Source: Candidatus Hodarchaeota archaeon
GTDB lineage: Archaea > Asgardarchaeota > Lokiarchaeia > Sigyniarchaeales > SOKP01
NCBI GenBank assembly: GCA_048886685.1
Contig: JBHLKM010000006.1
Span: 164,062-228,061, forward strand
Direction of reading: 5' to 3'
DNA length: 64,000 bases
Below are positions 54,610 through 64,000 of the stretch, one piece after another. Within the stretch, counting starts at the first letter, position 1, and each line of letters begins with the position of its first letter. Position numbers and translations under genes: made by a program. A model generated the notes under the pieces. It did no database searches and was not told where the DNA came from. It saw nothing but the letters and a program-made list of their open reading frames with translations.

Positions 54610-55038
54610 ATGTCTAATCCAAAAAATAATGACCCAAGAAAAATCATAGCTTTTGGCTGTGATAAGTGAGGTTACTCAGCAGCAGATTTAACAGGTGTAA
54701 CAAGAAGATCTTACTCTACAGATTTTCATCTCATTAGAGTGAGATGCACAGGACGAATAGGAATTCATTTGATTATGGAAGCTTTCCTAAATGGTGCAGA
54801 TGGTGTGGCAATAATTTCTTGAAAGGAAGGAGAATGTGAATTCGGGAATGGCAATATGAATACTTACGAACATATTATCACACTCAAAAAATTGTTAAAA
54901 CATGAAGGCATTTCTGAAGACCGTGTTCAACAATACTTTTGTTCAGCAGCAGAAGTTGAAAAATTTATCAACTCAGTTGAAGATATTTCCAAAAAAATAC
55001 ATGCCCTCCCTCCTCTACCAAAAAATATTCCGAAATAG
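54610..55038 (+). CDS. mvhD: MvhD/VhuD [2Fe-2S] subunit, selenoprotein (UGA at 54667 and 54820)
   Basis: MSNPK..IIAFGCDK-UGA-GYSAAD..IRVRCTGR..GADGVAIIS-UGA-KEGECEFGNGN..FCSAAE. Confidence 0.9.
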
Positions 55039-55039
55039 A

Positions 55040-55075
55040 ATGATCTTTTCAAGAAAACTCTAGTTGAGAAGAAAC
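55040..55075 (+). promoter_or_regulatory. Candidate SECIS hairpin
   Basis: AUGA, then 9-bp stem UCUUUUCAA/UUGAGAAGA with loop GAAAACUCUAG, directly 3' of the mvhD stop. The 3' GA of a kink-turn core is ambiguous. Confidence 0.5.
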
Positions 55076-55132
55076 TAACCCTAAGCACGGGTATTCGGAA
55101 AAAAAGAATTTACAAAAATACTAAGTAAGATT

Positions 55133-56626
55133 ATGAGTATAGAAGAAGAATTTTCATGGGAATTTTTAAAAAATGTAGCGGATGCTTTAGATTCATATAG
55201 GATTCGAGCACTAATTGATGCTAAACAAGATATTATAGAGGCTGGAATTTATAACGAATCGCAATACGATAATATACTTTATAGAATGCTGGATGAAGAA
55301 AAATTAAAATATTCCCTTTTTAATTTTCTAAAAAACCAATCCAAAATTAATTTAGATAATCTAAAAACATTTTCTAAAGAAACCTCTATTGAATTAAGTA
55401 AAACTTTAAGTCTATTAGAATTACTTAAAAATGAAAAAGTTGTAATTGTGGAAGAGATATACGATAAAATTGAAGGAGATGAGAATAATCCAGAAAAACT
55501 CATCTTTAGAGATTTTTCAATAGAGGTTAATAATGGTAACATTTCAAAAATAAAATCTATATATGAACCTGTAAAGGTTATTTTTGAATCTAAAAATTGC
55601 TCAGGTTGCGGTTTGTGTGCTGGAATTTGTCCGGTAAATTGCCTCCATATTTATAATGGTTTTGGTAAAATTGATGAGGATAAGTGTATTCGATGCGGTT
55701 TGTGCTATTTTGTGTGTCCTAGATCTTACCTGCCTGTAAGAGTTTTAAATATGGCTCAAGAAAAGACCGCTGAAATTAAAGAATATCAAAATGTTGGACA
55801 CTTTTTAGAAGCCTATTCCGCAAGGACCAAAATTAAAGAAATTTCGAAAATTTGTCAAGATGGAGGCATTTCAAGCACTTGTTTATATTATCTCTTTGAT
55901 AAGAATAAAATAGATCTTGCGTTAGGCGCAAAGATGAGTAATACTTTATGGCGTCCTGAACCAATTTTACTAAAAAATAAGGAAGATATCCTCTCAACAG
56001 CAGGAACCAAATACGTAAATAACCCTAATTTACAATTATTAAATCAAAATGAATTAAAGGATAAGAAAATCGCTGTGGTTGGTGTACCGTGCCAGATGCA
56101 AGCACTTTTAAAATCCAAGATTTATAATGTAGGTTTTCCATCTTTAAATAATATAAACTACCGAATTGGAATATTTTGTATGGAATCTTTTTCTTACGAA
56201 TCCCTATTGAAAATATGTGAGAAGCTGAATGTAGATATTAATGATGCAAAAAAGATGGATATCAATAAGGGTAAATTCTTTGTTTATACCCAAAAAGGAG
56301 AAGAATTAAATATCCCTATAAAAGAAATATCTCACTTAGCTCGAGAAGATTGCGAAATGTGCTATGACTTGACCTCTGAATCAGCCGATATTTCAATTGG
56401 ATCTATTGGTTCTCCTCCTGGTTGGAATACTGTTCTTATACGAACTGAGAAAGGGAAAGAACTCTATGAAGAATTAATATCTAATAATTTAATTGAATCA
56501 AAACCAATAGAAGACGTGAAACCTGGCTTACCCATGCTCCAAAGGATTGCTGGTTCTAAAAAAAATAATAGTAAAAAACATATCAAATCCAAATTAGACG
56601 AAAATAAGAGAGTCCCTATTTATTAA
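55133..56626 (+). CDS. FrhB/FdhB-family F420-interacting subunit with ferredoxin domain and N-terminal extension
   Basis: CSGCGLCAGICP, CIRCGLCYFVCP, QDGGI, AGTKY, VVGVPCQ, IGIFCMESF, CEMCYD, ADISIGSIGSP. Confidence 0.88.
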   Translation: MSIEEEFSWEFLKNVADALDSYRIRALIDAKQDIIEAGIYNESQYDNILYRMLDEEKLKYSLFNFLKNQSKINLDNLKTFSKETSIELSKTLSLLELLKNEKVVIVEEIYDKIEGDENNPEKLIFRDFSIEVNNGNISKIKSIYEPVKVIFESKNCSGCGLCAGICPVNCLHIYNGFGKIDEDKCIRCGLCYFVCPRSYLPVRVLNMAQEKTAEIKEYQNVGHFLEAYSARTKIKEISKICQDGGISSTCLYYLFDKNKIDLALGAKMSNTLWRPEPILLKNKEDILSTAGTKYVNNPNLQLLNQNELKDKKIAVVGVPCQMQALLKSKIYNVGFPSLNNINYRIGIFCMESFSYESLLKICEKLNVDINDAKKMDINKGKFFVYTQKGEELNIPIKEISHLAREDCEMCYDLTSESADISIGSIGSPPGWNTVLIRTEKGKELYEELISNNLIESKPIEDVKPGLPMLQRIAGSKKNNSKKHIKSKLDENKRVPIY

Positions 56627-56762
56627 TTTAGAGAATCTCAGGAATTTTTCTGGCTTATTAATAACATTTGTTCAAAACTATATTCACCTACTTATTAAAG
56701 TTAAGATAAATTTTTATATCTCCCAAAATTCTTTTAGATCAATTTTGATAAATTTGTAAATT

Positions 56763-57893
56763 TTGGGCGTTATCAAAATGATATCGAAACCATTAACCAT
56801 ACCTAAACGAACTAAAAGAATCACCTCAGAATGGCTCAATGAAGTTCTTCACAAAACTGAATGTCTTAAGGATTGCAATATTGAATCAATTTCGAGAGAA
56901 CCATGGGGCGCAGGGGAGGGATTTGTGAGTGATATGGCAAGACTAACCCTTACTTATGATAAAGAATCTCCTGAATTACCAAAAACTATGATTGTAAAGA
57001 TGCCAACAACCTATAGGACAGCCTTAGCCGTCGCAATTCAATATAACCTTTATGAAAAAGAAATAAGATTCTATACTGAAGTAGCACCAAAAAGTCCTAT
57101 ACGGGTACCGAGTCTGATTTATTCAGATTATAATTCTGAAGCAAAAAAGTACATTCTCATTCTTGAAGATTGTTCATGTTATAAAATACTAGATCAGGTT
57201 GAAGGTTTAAATTATGAACAGACCAAACAAGCAATAATTTCAATTGCAGATTTCCATGCACGATGGTGGGATGCCCCAGATCTTTTTTCGTTTGATTGGA
57301 TGCCTAAACCAAGGGATGAACCTATAACATCGTCTTTCATTGATACTTTTCGTAATTCATGGGACTTGGCTGTAAAATCGGAGATATTTCTGGATTTGTT
57401 ACCCGAAGGTGGTCGAGAAGCTGGTGAAAAGGTATATAAACATTTTCCATGGCTGCTTAATAACGTCCCAGATGAAAATTTGACCATCGTTCATTTTGAT
57501 TATCGAGCAGATAATATGTTTTTTGATCCTGAGAGCAGTAAAAAACCAATAATAACTTATGATTGGGGAGGATCACTAGTAAGTATGGGTATTCTGGATA
57601 TCGCGTACTTTTTATCAGGTAGTATAAAGATTGATTTAAGACGGCAAATTGAAAAGGAAATGATCAATTTATATTTGAATCGATTAGAAGAAAATGGGAT
57701 TACAGGGATAGATTTTGATTACATTTGGGAACTCTACTTAAGAGCGTTGATTTCTTATACGTGGTTACCCCCTCTTAGTTTTACACAGTTGGATTTAAGT
57801 GATCCAAGGGGAATTGAATTATTAAAAGAAGGTATGGACCGATACTTTGGAGCTATTATCGATAACGATGCTACTAGTGTACTTCCATCTTAG
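56763..57893 (+). CDS. APH/ecdysteroid-kinase-like phosphotransferase
   Basis: MIVKMP, YEKEIRFY, LILED, IADFHARWW, VHFDYRADNMFF, YDW. Likely ATG at 56778. Confidence 0.8.
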   Translation: MGVIKMISKPLTIPKRTKRITSEWLNEVLHKTECLKDCNIESISREPWGAGEGFVSDMARLTLTYDKESPELPKTMIVKMPTTYRTALAVAIQYNLYEKEIRFYTEVAPKSPIRVPSLIYSDYNSEAKKYILILEDCSCYKILDQVEGLNYEQTKQAIISIADFHARWWDAPDLFSFDWMPKPRDEPITSSFIDTFRNSWDLAVKSEIFLDLLPEGGREAGEKVYKHFPWLLNNVPDENLTIVHFDYRADNMFFDPESSKKPIITYDWGGSLVSMGILDIAYFLSGSIKIDLRRQIEKEMINLYLNRLEENGITGIDFDYIWELYLRALISYTWLPPLSFTQLDLSDPRGIELLKEGMDRYFGAIIDNDATSVLPS

Positions 57894-58070
57894 AAGCAAA
57901 GCTTCAAAAAGAGAAAATATAAAAGAAATTAATTATTACATAATTGAAATTATTGATTTTTCCTTACATTTTAGCTAATTCTAAGGTAAAACCAAAAATT
58001 TAATATTAAATTCTATATTAACTACCATTAAATCAATAAATAAAACATAATACTATTTGATTGAATTCGA

Positions 58071-58562
58071 ATGAGTTCTTTATCTGCAATACGACCCAAG
58101 AATTTCCGTGAAAAGGTGTTTTTCCGCCAACTCCGTTCTCAGGTAGATGGGAACGCAAAAGTTGAATATGGGCTAACACAAATTAAGGGTGTTGGTAGAA
58201 GATTCGCTCAAGCAATTGTCAGAGTAGCAGGAATAAATCCCGTTATAAGAATTGGAGCAATCCCTGAAAAAGATTTAAATAGAATTGAAGAAATTATTTT
58301 AAATCCAGTTGAAAGCGGTATCCCCAATTGGATGGTAAATAGACCAAAAGATTTGCGTACTGGTAATGATCTTCATATAATTGGAAATAAACTCGATCTT
58401 TCATTAAAAACTGATATAGATAGAATGAAAAAAATAAAGTCTTATAAAGGTGTTCGCCACCACCTAAGATTAAAGGTACGCGGTCAAAAAACAAAGAGTA
58501 CTGGGCGCCACGGATTAGTTGTTGGTGTTATGCGAAGGAAAAAAGGTCAAGCTCCTAAATAA
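58071..58562 (+). CDS. rps13: 30S ribosomal protein uS13
   Basis: LTQIKGVGRRFA, IPNWMVNRPKD, SYKGVRH..KVRGQKTKSTGR. Confidence 0.96.
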   Translation: MSSLSAIRPKNFREKVFFRQLRSQVDGNAKVEYGLTQIKGVGRRFAQAIVRVAGINPVIRIGAIPEKDLNRIEEIILNPVESGIPNWMVNRPKDLRTGNDLHIIGNKLDLSLKTDIDRMKKIKSYKGVRHHLRLKVRGQKTKSTGRHGLVVGVMRRKKGQAPK

Positions 58563-58575
58563 TAAGGGTGATACC

Positions 58576-59094
58576 ATGGGAGATCCAAGACGATTGAAAA
58601 AAAAATTTAGAAAACCTAAACATCCATTTCAAAAAGAGAGAATAATGGAAGAACTTGAATTCATCGGTAAGTATGGGCTAAGGAACAAAAAAGAGTATTG
58701 GAAAATGAGAACAATGCTCGCTAATTGGCGTAATATTGCGAGACAATCTAGAACCTTAACAAAAGAACAAGCTGTCGAAGTTCAACAAGAACTAATTCGA
58801 AAATTAGATCGATTAGGAATTATCGGCTCAGAAGCAGAATTCGAAGATGTGCTTCTTCTAACAGCCGAAGACGTCCTAAAAAGAAGATTACAAACGCTTG
58901 TCTATGAAAAAGGATTCTCAAGTACCATCTACCAAGCACGACAATATATAACTCACGGTCATATTCAAGTCGCAGGGAAAAAAATCAATGCACCCTCATA
59001 TATCGTCAAAAGAACAGAAGAAGACTTAATTGATTTCGCACCAAATAGCCCCCTTTCAAAACCTAAAGAAATAGACACTAAAAGTGAGGCATAA
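58576..59094 (+). CDS. rps4: 30S ribosomal protein uS4
   Basis: [31 protein letters not shown]; SD GGGTGA before ATG 58576. Confidence 0.96.
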   Translation: MGDPRRLKKKFRKPKHPFQKERIMEELEFIGKYGLRNKKEYWKMRTMLANWRNIARQSRTLTKEQAVEVQQELIRKLDRLGIIGSEAEFEDVLLLTAEDVLKRRLQTLVYEKGFSSTIYQARQYITHGHIQVAGKKINAPSYIVKRTEEDLIDFAPNSPLSKPKEIDTKSEA

Positions 59095-59492
59095 TGAGTA
59101 GAAGAGAAGATACTAAATGGGCCATTGTACACATTTTTTCAAGTTATAACAATACGATTGTGACCGCTACCGATTTAAGTGGCGCTGAAACCGTCGCTAA
59201 ATGCACCGCAGGAATGGTGGTTAAAGCAAGTCGCGATGAATCATCCCCCTACGCTGCTATGCAGTGCGGCTTCCGTGTTGCGAACGACCTTCGAGATAAA
59301 GGAATTAGAGGGATTCACATCAAAGTTCGAGCTCCTGGTGGAAATAAAAGCCAAACTCCTGGACCTGGCGCTCAAGCTTGCATACGTGCCCTCGCTCGTG
59401 CTGGTCTTCAAGTAGGTCGCATCGAAGAAGTAACCCCTAAATCGCATGACCATTGCCGCAGGAAGGGCGGACATCGCGGGAGGAGGGTTTAA
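59094..59492 (+). CDS. rps11: 30S ribosomal protein uS11
   Basis: [44 protein letters not shown]. Confidence 0.97.
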   Translation: MSRREDTKWAIVHIFSSYNNTIVTATDLSGAETVAKCTAGMVVKASRDESSPYAAMQCGFRVANDLRDKGIRGIHIKVRAPGGNKSQTPGPGAQACIRALARAGLQVGRIEEVTPKSHDHCRRKGGHRGRRV

Positions 59493-59539
59493 TAAAGGAA
59501 ATCTGCCCATTTAATAAATCCATCATTCTCCTTCTCTGA

Positions 59540-59980
59540 TTATTGTTTTTCTCTATTATTATTTTTACTAGCTAATTTATCTTTGTGTTCAAAATGCCTA
59601 TTAATGTAATCTTGGTTTAGAATATCTTCTTCACTACCATGTGAGGAATCCCAAATAAATCCTTTTTCTTGACATTCAATGCAATACCACGTTTCATGAT
59701 CGGGGATATATACCATATCTCTATCGGTGTTGGTACAAAGGGGGCATGAACAAATCGATTTACTTATTAAGTGAAAAAGATTTATTTTACGAGCTTGCAA
59801 TTGAGAGAATTCATTTTCCTCTTTTAAAGTAATATTCGACCAATCATCATATAAACTTGCAAAATTGCGAAGAATTTCGATTTCATCATAAATAATCCTT
59901 ATCCAAAACTCCCTTAGGCTATTTCTGATTTTCCTAAGGTGTTCATTCCTGATGATAATTTGTTTTTTATGTTTGAGCAT
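59540..59980 (-). CDS. Hypothetical zinc-finger protein
   Basis: CSCPLC..DMVY..WYCIEC. Confidence 0.6.
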   Translation of the reverse strand: MLKHKKQIIIRNEHLRKIRNSLREFWIRIIYDEIEILRNFASLYDDWSNITLKEENEFSQLQARKINLFHLISKSICSCPLCTNTDRDMVYIPDHETWYCIECQEKGFIWDSSHGSEEDILNQDYINRHFEHKDKLASKNNNREKQ

Positions 59981-60017
59981 AATAGGTAAGGATTGGAATA
60001 AATATAAAAAAAAAAAT

Positions 60018-61619
60018 TTAGGAATTAAATTTCTTTGTATTATTAATTAATTTTTTATTAATTAATGGTTTCGTTGAGTCGACGGAAAGGCGGGCTGGAA
60101 TTTGTGGGTTTAAAATGGGTGTTGGACGTCCTTTTTGGATCCATGATTTTAACATTGACTTTATTTTTAGCTCAATTTGATCTAAAGAAAGATTTTTGAA
60201 AAACCTCTTGATTATATAATTGGTTCCTTCATTATCTATAAAGTAAGTATTAAGGAATTTCGCTATACCATTTTTCAACAAGTATTTTCTCCTTTCAAGA
60301 TACTCCTGCCATCTAGATTTCCAATTTTTTAAAAACTTTTTATAGTATATTGGACATTCAATAGTTAGAGATCTTCTTGCTTTAATAAGACTTAAAATTA
60401 AAGAAGTTTGACTTTCAAGGATATAGTGGTTTCTATGAATTACAAGTACTAATCTATTCACATCAATAGATTTTTTATCATTCTTAAAAATGTGATGCCT
60501 TTCAAAAGTAATAGAAGTCATTCCATGGATTTTCTTAAAACTTGAGGCGGGTATAGGTTCAAGTGAAAGAATATCGAGTCCTAAATCTCTTATAAGTAAC
60601 ATAATGACATGAAATTTAATGGTGGATTCCACATTCCAACTGGGATGATAATCTCTAGGACTTGCTGGAACTAATCCACGAATTTTTATATAATGGCAAG
60701 ATTTTATTAATATTGTGTTATAAACAGCTCTAGGAACTAAATTTTCTATCTCTTCTAGCATGTTCTTAATTCCCTCCCAAGAATAGATATATCCTCTTGC
60801 TAGACGACCAAGAGATTCATATGACACTAACCTTCTTATATGCTTTAAAATTTGAGGTTCCTTCTTAGCTTTGGAAATTTCAAACCAAATTTCGAGAGTT
60901 AAATCAAATTCAGGTCTAAAATATTTTGAACCTATATCAGAAGAATCATCTATATATTTTACATCGAAGGGATTGCTGAATATGAAGTCGATGATAAATT
61001 TTTCAATTTCCTTCTTTAAATTGTTCAAGTCATAATGATTTTTGTCTTTGATATCTCTTACATTTTCTTCCAAGATTTGTTTAGTTAAAAAACGGGTTTT
61101 ATAAATCATATTGAAAAGAATAGATTTTTCTAATCTTCTAAATTCATAATCTCCTTTAAGATGTGAATCTTTTAAAGCTCTTGCTCTATTGAAGAAAATC
61201 CTTGATAAATCGGTGTCAAAAATCCTGATTTTAGGAAAATAATTCTTGATGATTTCCTTTATATCATCAAAGAATTTTCTCTTTATAGATCTGTTGGTAT
61301 TTTGCTCGAGAGTGGGTAGTTCTGAATTGTTTGGAAATGAGGTGTTATAGAGAGCCTGAAATTTTTGTTCAATGGTTTTCCAGTGGTTCCTAAATTGTTC
61401 TTTATATTTTTCGGTTAATCGGTTGAAGAGATCGTTGAACGTCTTTTTTTGCGGAGAGTGAGATTTCAATGTGTCTTTTTTGTCCTTGATCCAATTGTAG
61501 GTAAAACCCAGTTTTTTAGACAGTTCCATGTAAGAGGGTCTTTCAAGAATTCCCTTTTGAAACATGATGTTTTTTAAATGGTCCACGAGATGAGTATATA
61601 GTTCTCTTTTTGTAGGCAA
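60018..61619 (-). CDS. Hypothetical basic protein with possible HNH-nuclease motif
   Basis: FERHHIFKNDKKSIDVNRLVLVIHRNH; N-terminal HTH-like SYMELSKKLGFT; SD AGGTGA before TTG. Confidence 0.55.
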   Translation of the reverse strand: MPTKRELYTHLVDHLKNIMFQKGILERPSYMELSKKLGFTYNWIKDKKDTLKSHSPQKKTFNDLFNRLTEKYKEQFRNHWKTIEQKFQALYNTSFPNNSELPTLEQNTNRSIKRKFFDDIKEIIKNYFPKIRIFDTDLSRIFFNRARALKDSHLKGDYEFRRLEKSILFNMIYKTRFLTKQILEENVRDIKDKNHYDLNNLKKEIEKFIIDFIFSNPFDVKYIDDSSDIGSKYFRPEFDLTLEIWFEISKAKKEPQILKHIRRLVSYESLGRLARGYIYSWEGIKNMLEEIENLVPRAVYNTILIKSCHYIKIRGLVPASPRDYHPSWNVESTIKFHVIMLLIRDLGLDILSLEPIPASSFKKIHGMTSITFERHHIFKNDKKSIDVNRLVLVIHRNHYILESQTSLILSLIKARRSLTIECPIYYKKFLKNWKSRWQEYLERRKYLLKNGIAKFLNTYFIDNEGTNYIIKRFFKNLSLDQIELKIKSMLKSWIQKGRPTPILNPQIPARLSVDSTKPLINKKLINNTKKFNS

Positions 61620-61910
61620 GTAAAGATCACCTTGTGATTTTTCTTTTTTTACATTTTATTCCATCCTTTGGGTTTTTTCAGTTGCGATAAACGTGCAAAC
61701 TGATTGGTAAGATTACAATAACGCGTAATCTTATGAAAGGAATATGAAAGTTAACTATATATATTTATTCTCCGAATGGGATGCGTTATGAAGTTTATAC
61801 CAATCTAAACTAGTTCTAACTTGGTTAAACTTCATTTTTGATATCCAGTTTTTACTCACATAAAAAGCTTAGTGAAAAAAGTGTAGTTTAAAAACTTCTA
61901 AACTCAAAAC

Positions 61911-62156
61911 ATGATTGTGCTGTCAAAAAAGGAAATGAAGCAATTTTATCCTCATCTTATCACAAGAATACTGTTATTTCTACGAACCCGACGGTTTGCT
62001 GAGCAGGATGTGCGTACAGAAGATCTTATTAATAAATTTCAAAAATCCAAAAGTAGAATCTCTCAGGCACTTTCTTATTTAAACAATAAGGGTTATCTGG
62101 AGATATCACAATATCATATAAATATACTATCGGTTTTGAGTACAATGATTTTATAG
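61911..62156 (+). CDS. Small winged-helix DNA-binding protein
   Basis: TEDLINKFQKSKSRISQALSYLNNKGYLE. Confidence 0.5.
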   Translation: MIVLSKKEMKQFYPHLITRILLFLRTRRFAEQDVRTEDLINKFQKSKSRISQALSYLNNKGYLEISQYHINILSVLSTMIL

Positions 62157-62331
62157 GGTTTAATATACCAGTAATTAGTTCTTAGTAATAATTATCAATA
62201 TGAGAGTTAAAACAAGGTATATTTGCGATAATGTTATCATACCATATTTATTTAGAGATTTTTAAAAACTACCCGAAACAGTTTTTTCTAAAGAAAAGTT
62301 GAAATTGCCTTATTAAAGACCTCATTAAAAA

Positions 62332-62733
62332 TTACCATTTTCTATTGGGTTCCCAATTTCCCTCATTGTTAAAGTGATAATGGTTTTCTAATCCAAAGAG
62401 AGTAATTGTGAAGCCTTCAATACTCGTGAATGTGATGTAAATAAAATAAGGTAATTCGATTTCCAAATTTATCATCCTTTCAAGATATATCTTAATTGCT
62501 TCATAGATTTGATTCTCAATATCGAGTTTAAATGTAATAGAGGTTAGGGTTGGTGGTGTCGGAGAGATACACCTAGATTCGACTCCATTAATTTTAGGCC
62601 CAGTTATACTAACAAGTATTAGTATCCTTACAAAACTGATTAAACTAATATTGGTTAGAAAATTTAGCAGTAGTAGAGTTTGTTGAGGTGTAAGCTTTGC
62701 ATATATGAATGCTAAAATCAGCGATCTTCCCAT
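62332..62733 (-). CDS. Hypothetical protein (doubtful, possibly a fragment)
   Basis: 133-aa ORF overlapping the upstream gene by 16 nt; no motif. Confidence 0.3.
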   Translation of the reverse strand: MGRSLILAFIYAKLTPQQTLLLLNFLTNISLISFVRILILVSITGPKINGVESRCISPTPPTLTSITFKLDIENQIYEAIKIYLERMINLEIELPYFIYITFTSIEGFTITLFGLENHYHFNNEGNWEPNRKW

Positions 62734-63527
62734 ACTTTTTTGAGTTGTTCTTCGAGAGATTTGGCATTATAACGATTCTGATTTATTAAATCATCAACAT
62801 ATTCACCATTTTTCCTTCTTTCTAACAATTGCTCATACTCTTCATCATTATTCTTTATTTTTTTAGTAAGTTCTAATCCCGTTTCTAATTTAAATCTACT
62901 ATTTCTTCCAAATCTCATTATTTGTTCAAGGTACTTAAAGTAATTAATACCCTCTTTACTTTTTCCCCACTTTAGGGCTTTTTCACTATGTTCTTTATCT
63001 TTTTTTTTAAGTATTTCTGCGTGCTGTCTGTTTTCCTTAATCAAATCCTCAACATTTTCACCTGAATTCTTTCGTTCTAATAAAAGTTTATATTCTTCAT
63101 CATTCTTCAAAATTTCCTCTAAGATATTAATAGCTTTATCTATCATATCTTTTGCTTCAATATTAAGCTCAGTTAACCTACTTACCTCAGGAATTCTTGA
63201 TTTCCAAGTGGGAGTAACTCGAGGACTTTTGAGCATAAAACTTTTAAGTTCTTTTAGTAAAGAAACTAAGATGCTTCTAATTTCATCCAAATTTCTTAAA
63301 GCTTTTTTCTTATTTACTTGCTCATCAATAATACTAAGGGATGAGGTTAAAGCCTTTTGCAGTCTCGTATCCTCTGGGAAAATCCTACTCGCCTTCTTAA
63401 AGCAGTCAATTGCAATCTCATTATCTTCAGTTTTTAAATGCTCCGAATTATAAACCCCTGTAGCTAAAAACTCAACTTTTCTTTCTAAGCACGGAATACC
63501 CTCTTCTATTAAGCGGATTATTTCCAA
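62718..63527 (-). CDS. Hypothetical helical protein with ~40-aa internal repeat
   Basis: KNDEEYKLLLERKNSGENVEDLIKENR versus NNDEEYEQLLERRKNGEYVDDLINQNR. Frame stays open ~43 codons upstream of the TTG. Confidence 0.6.
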   Translation of the reverse strand: MEIIRLIEEGIPCLERKVEFLATGVYNSEHLKTEDNEIAIDCFKKASRIFPEDTRLQKALTSSLSIIDEQVNKKKALRNLDEIRSILVSLLKELKSFMLKSPRVTPTWKSRIPEVSRLTELNIEAKDMIDKAINILEEILKNDEEYKLLLERKNSGENVEDLIKENRQHAEILKKKDKEHSEKALKWGKSKEGINYFKYLEQIMRFGRNSRFKLETGLELTKKIKNNDEEYEQLLERRKNGEYVDDLINQNRYNAKSLEEQLKKVWEDR

Positions 63528-64000
63528 TTTATCAAGAAATATTTCCTTTACAGATCCTGTAAGAAATTTTGCATATTTTTTACCAGCAGCTTGGATTTGC
63601 TCCTTATTAGGAAGACTGTTTTTTGGGGCTAGATATTTTTTCCGTGTAATCAGATATCAACTTCAAATTAATTTTATCAACATTAGTTATTAGTTTAAAT
63701 CTCTTAAATTTTTCCCCAGAAATTGTCATTCAAGTTGAAATCAAGCTTTGGAGAATAAGGGAGTGGGGCCGAAATTGTGGAGTTAGTGAGGTGTTTAGGG
63801 TGGTTTAATTATGAAGTATGTATAAGGTAGTTATAAGTGAGTTGTTCTATAAATCGATACAAGGAGTATAAATTAGAAATTTGTCGATTTATGTAGACTT
63901 AAATAGGTGTGCGGCAATTATAAAATTTAAATCCCTAAAAATTTCATGAAAGATAAATTCAGCGTCTGATTTCAGTGAAATTTGGATTGAAAAAATATTA

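Noticed and set aside
52801-55038. ORF-track fragments 52801..53193, 53209..54588 and 54856..55038 as separate genes or pseudogenes
   Set aside because: They are in frame across UGA codons at conserved Cys sites; two intact selenoprotein genes explain them better.

Overview
Low-GC archaeal chromosomal window, most likely Asgard archaea (Lokiarchaeia). The assignment rests on four small GTPases (Arf-like with N-terminal longin, two Rag-like, one Rab-like), many longin/roadblock proteins, a tailed histone, eS25, an intron-containing tRNA-Ser, a Loki-CTERM-like sorting signal and UGA-recoded HdrA/MvhD selenoproteins. The first ~31 kb holds two candidate surface-receptor-to-GTPase modules. (1) Two paralogous operons each encode a ~1460-aa membrane-anchored glycoprotein with a swapped lectin-like domain and a conserved cytoplasmic tail, translationally coupled to an NPRL2/NPRL3/uDENN-like longin protein; a longin-GTPase fusion lies between them. 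(2) Two tandem 7TM-longin fusions lie directly upstream of a Rag-like GTPase. Also present: a Bud23-like methyltransferase divergent from eS25, a form IV RuBisCO-like protein, carbohydrate-catabolic genes, an hdrA-mvhD-frhB-like operon with four in-frame UGA codons and one SECIS candidate, and an rps13-rps4-rps11 operon followed by orphan genes (one HNH-like) instead of rpoD. All domain calls are by motif recognition by eye; no database search was run.
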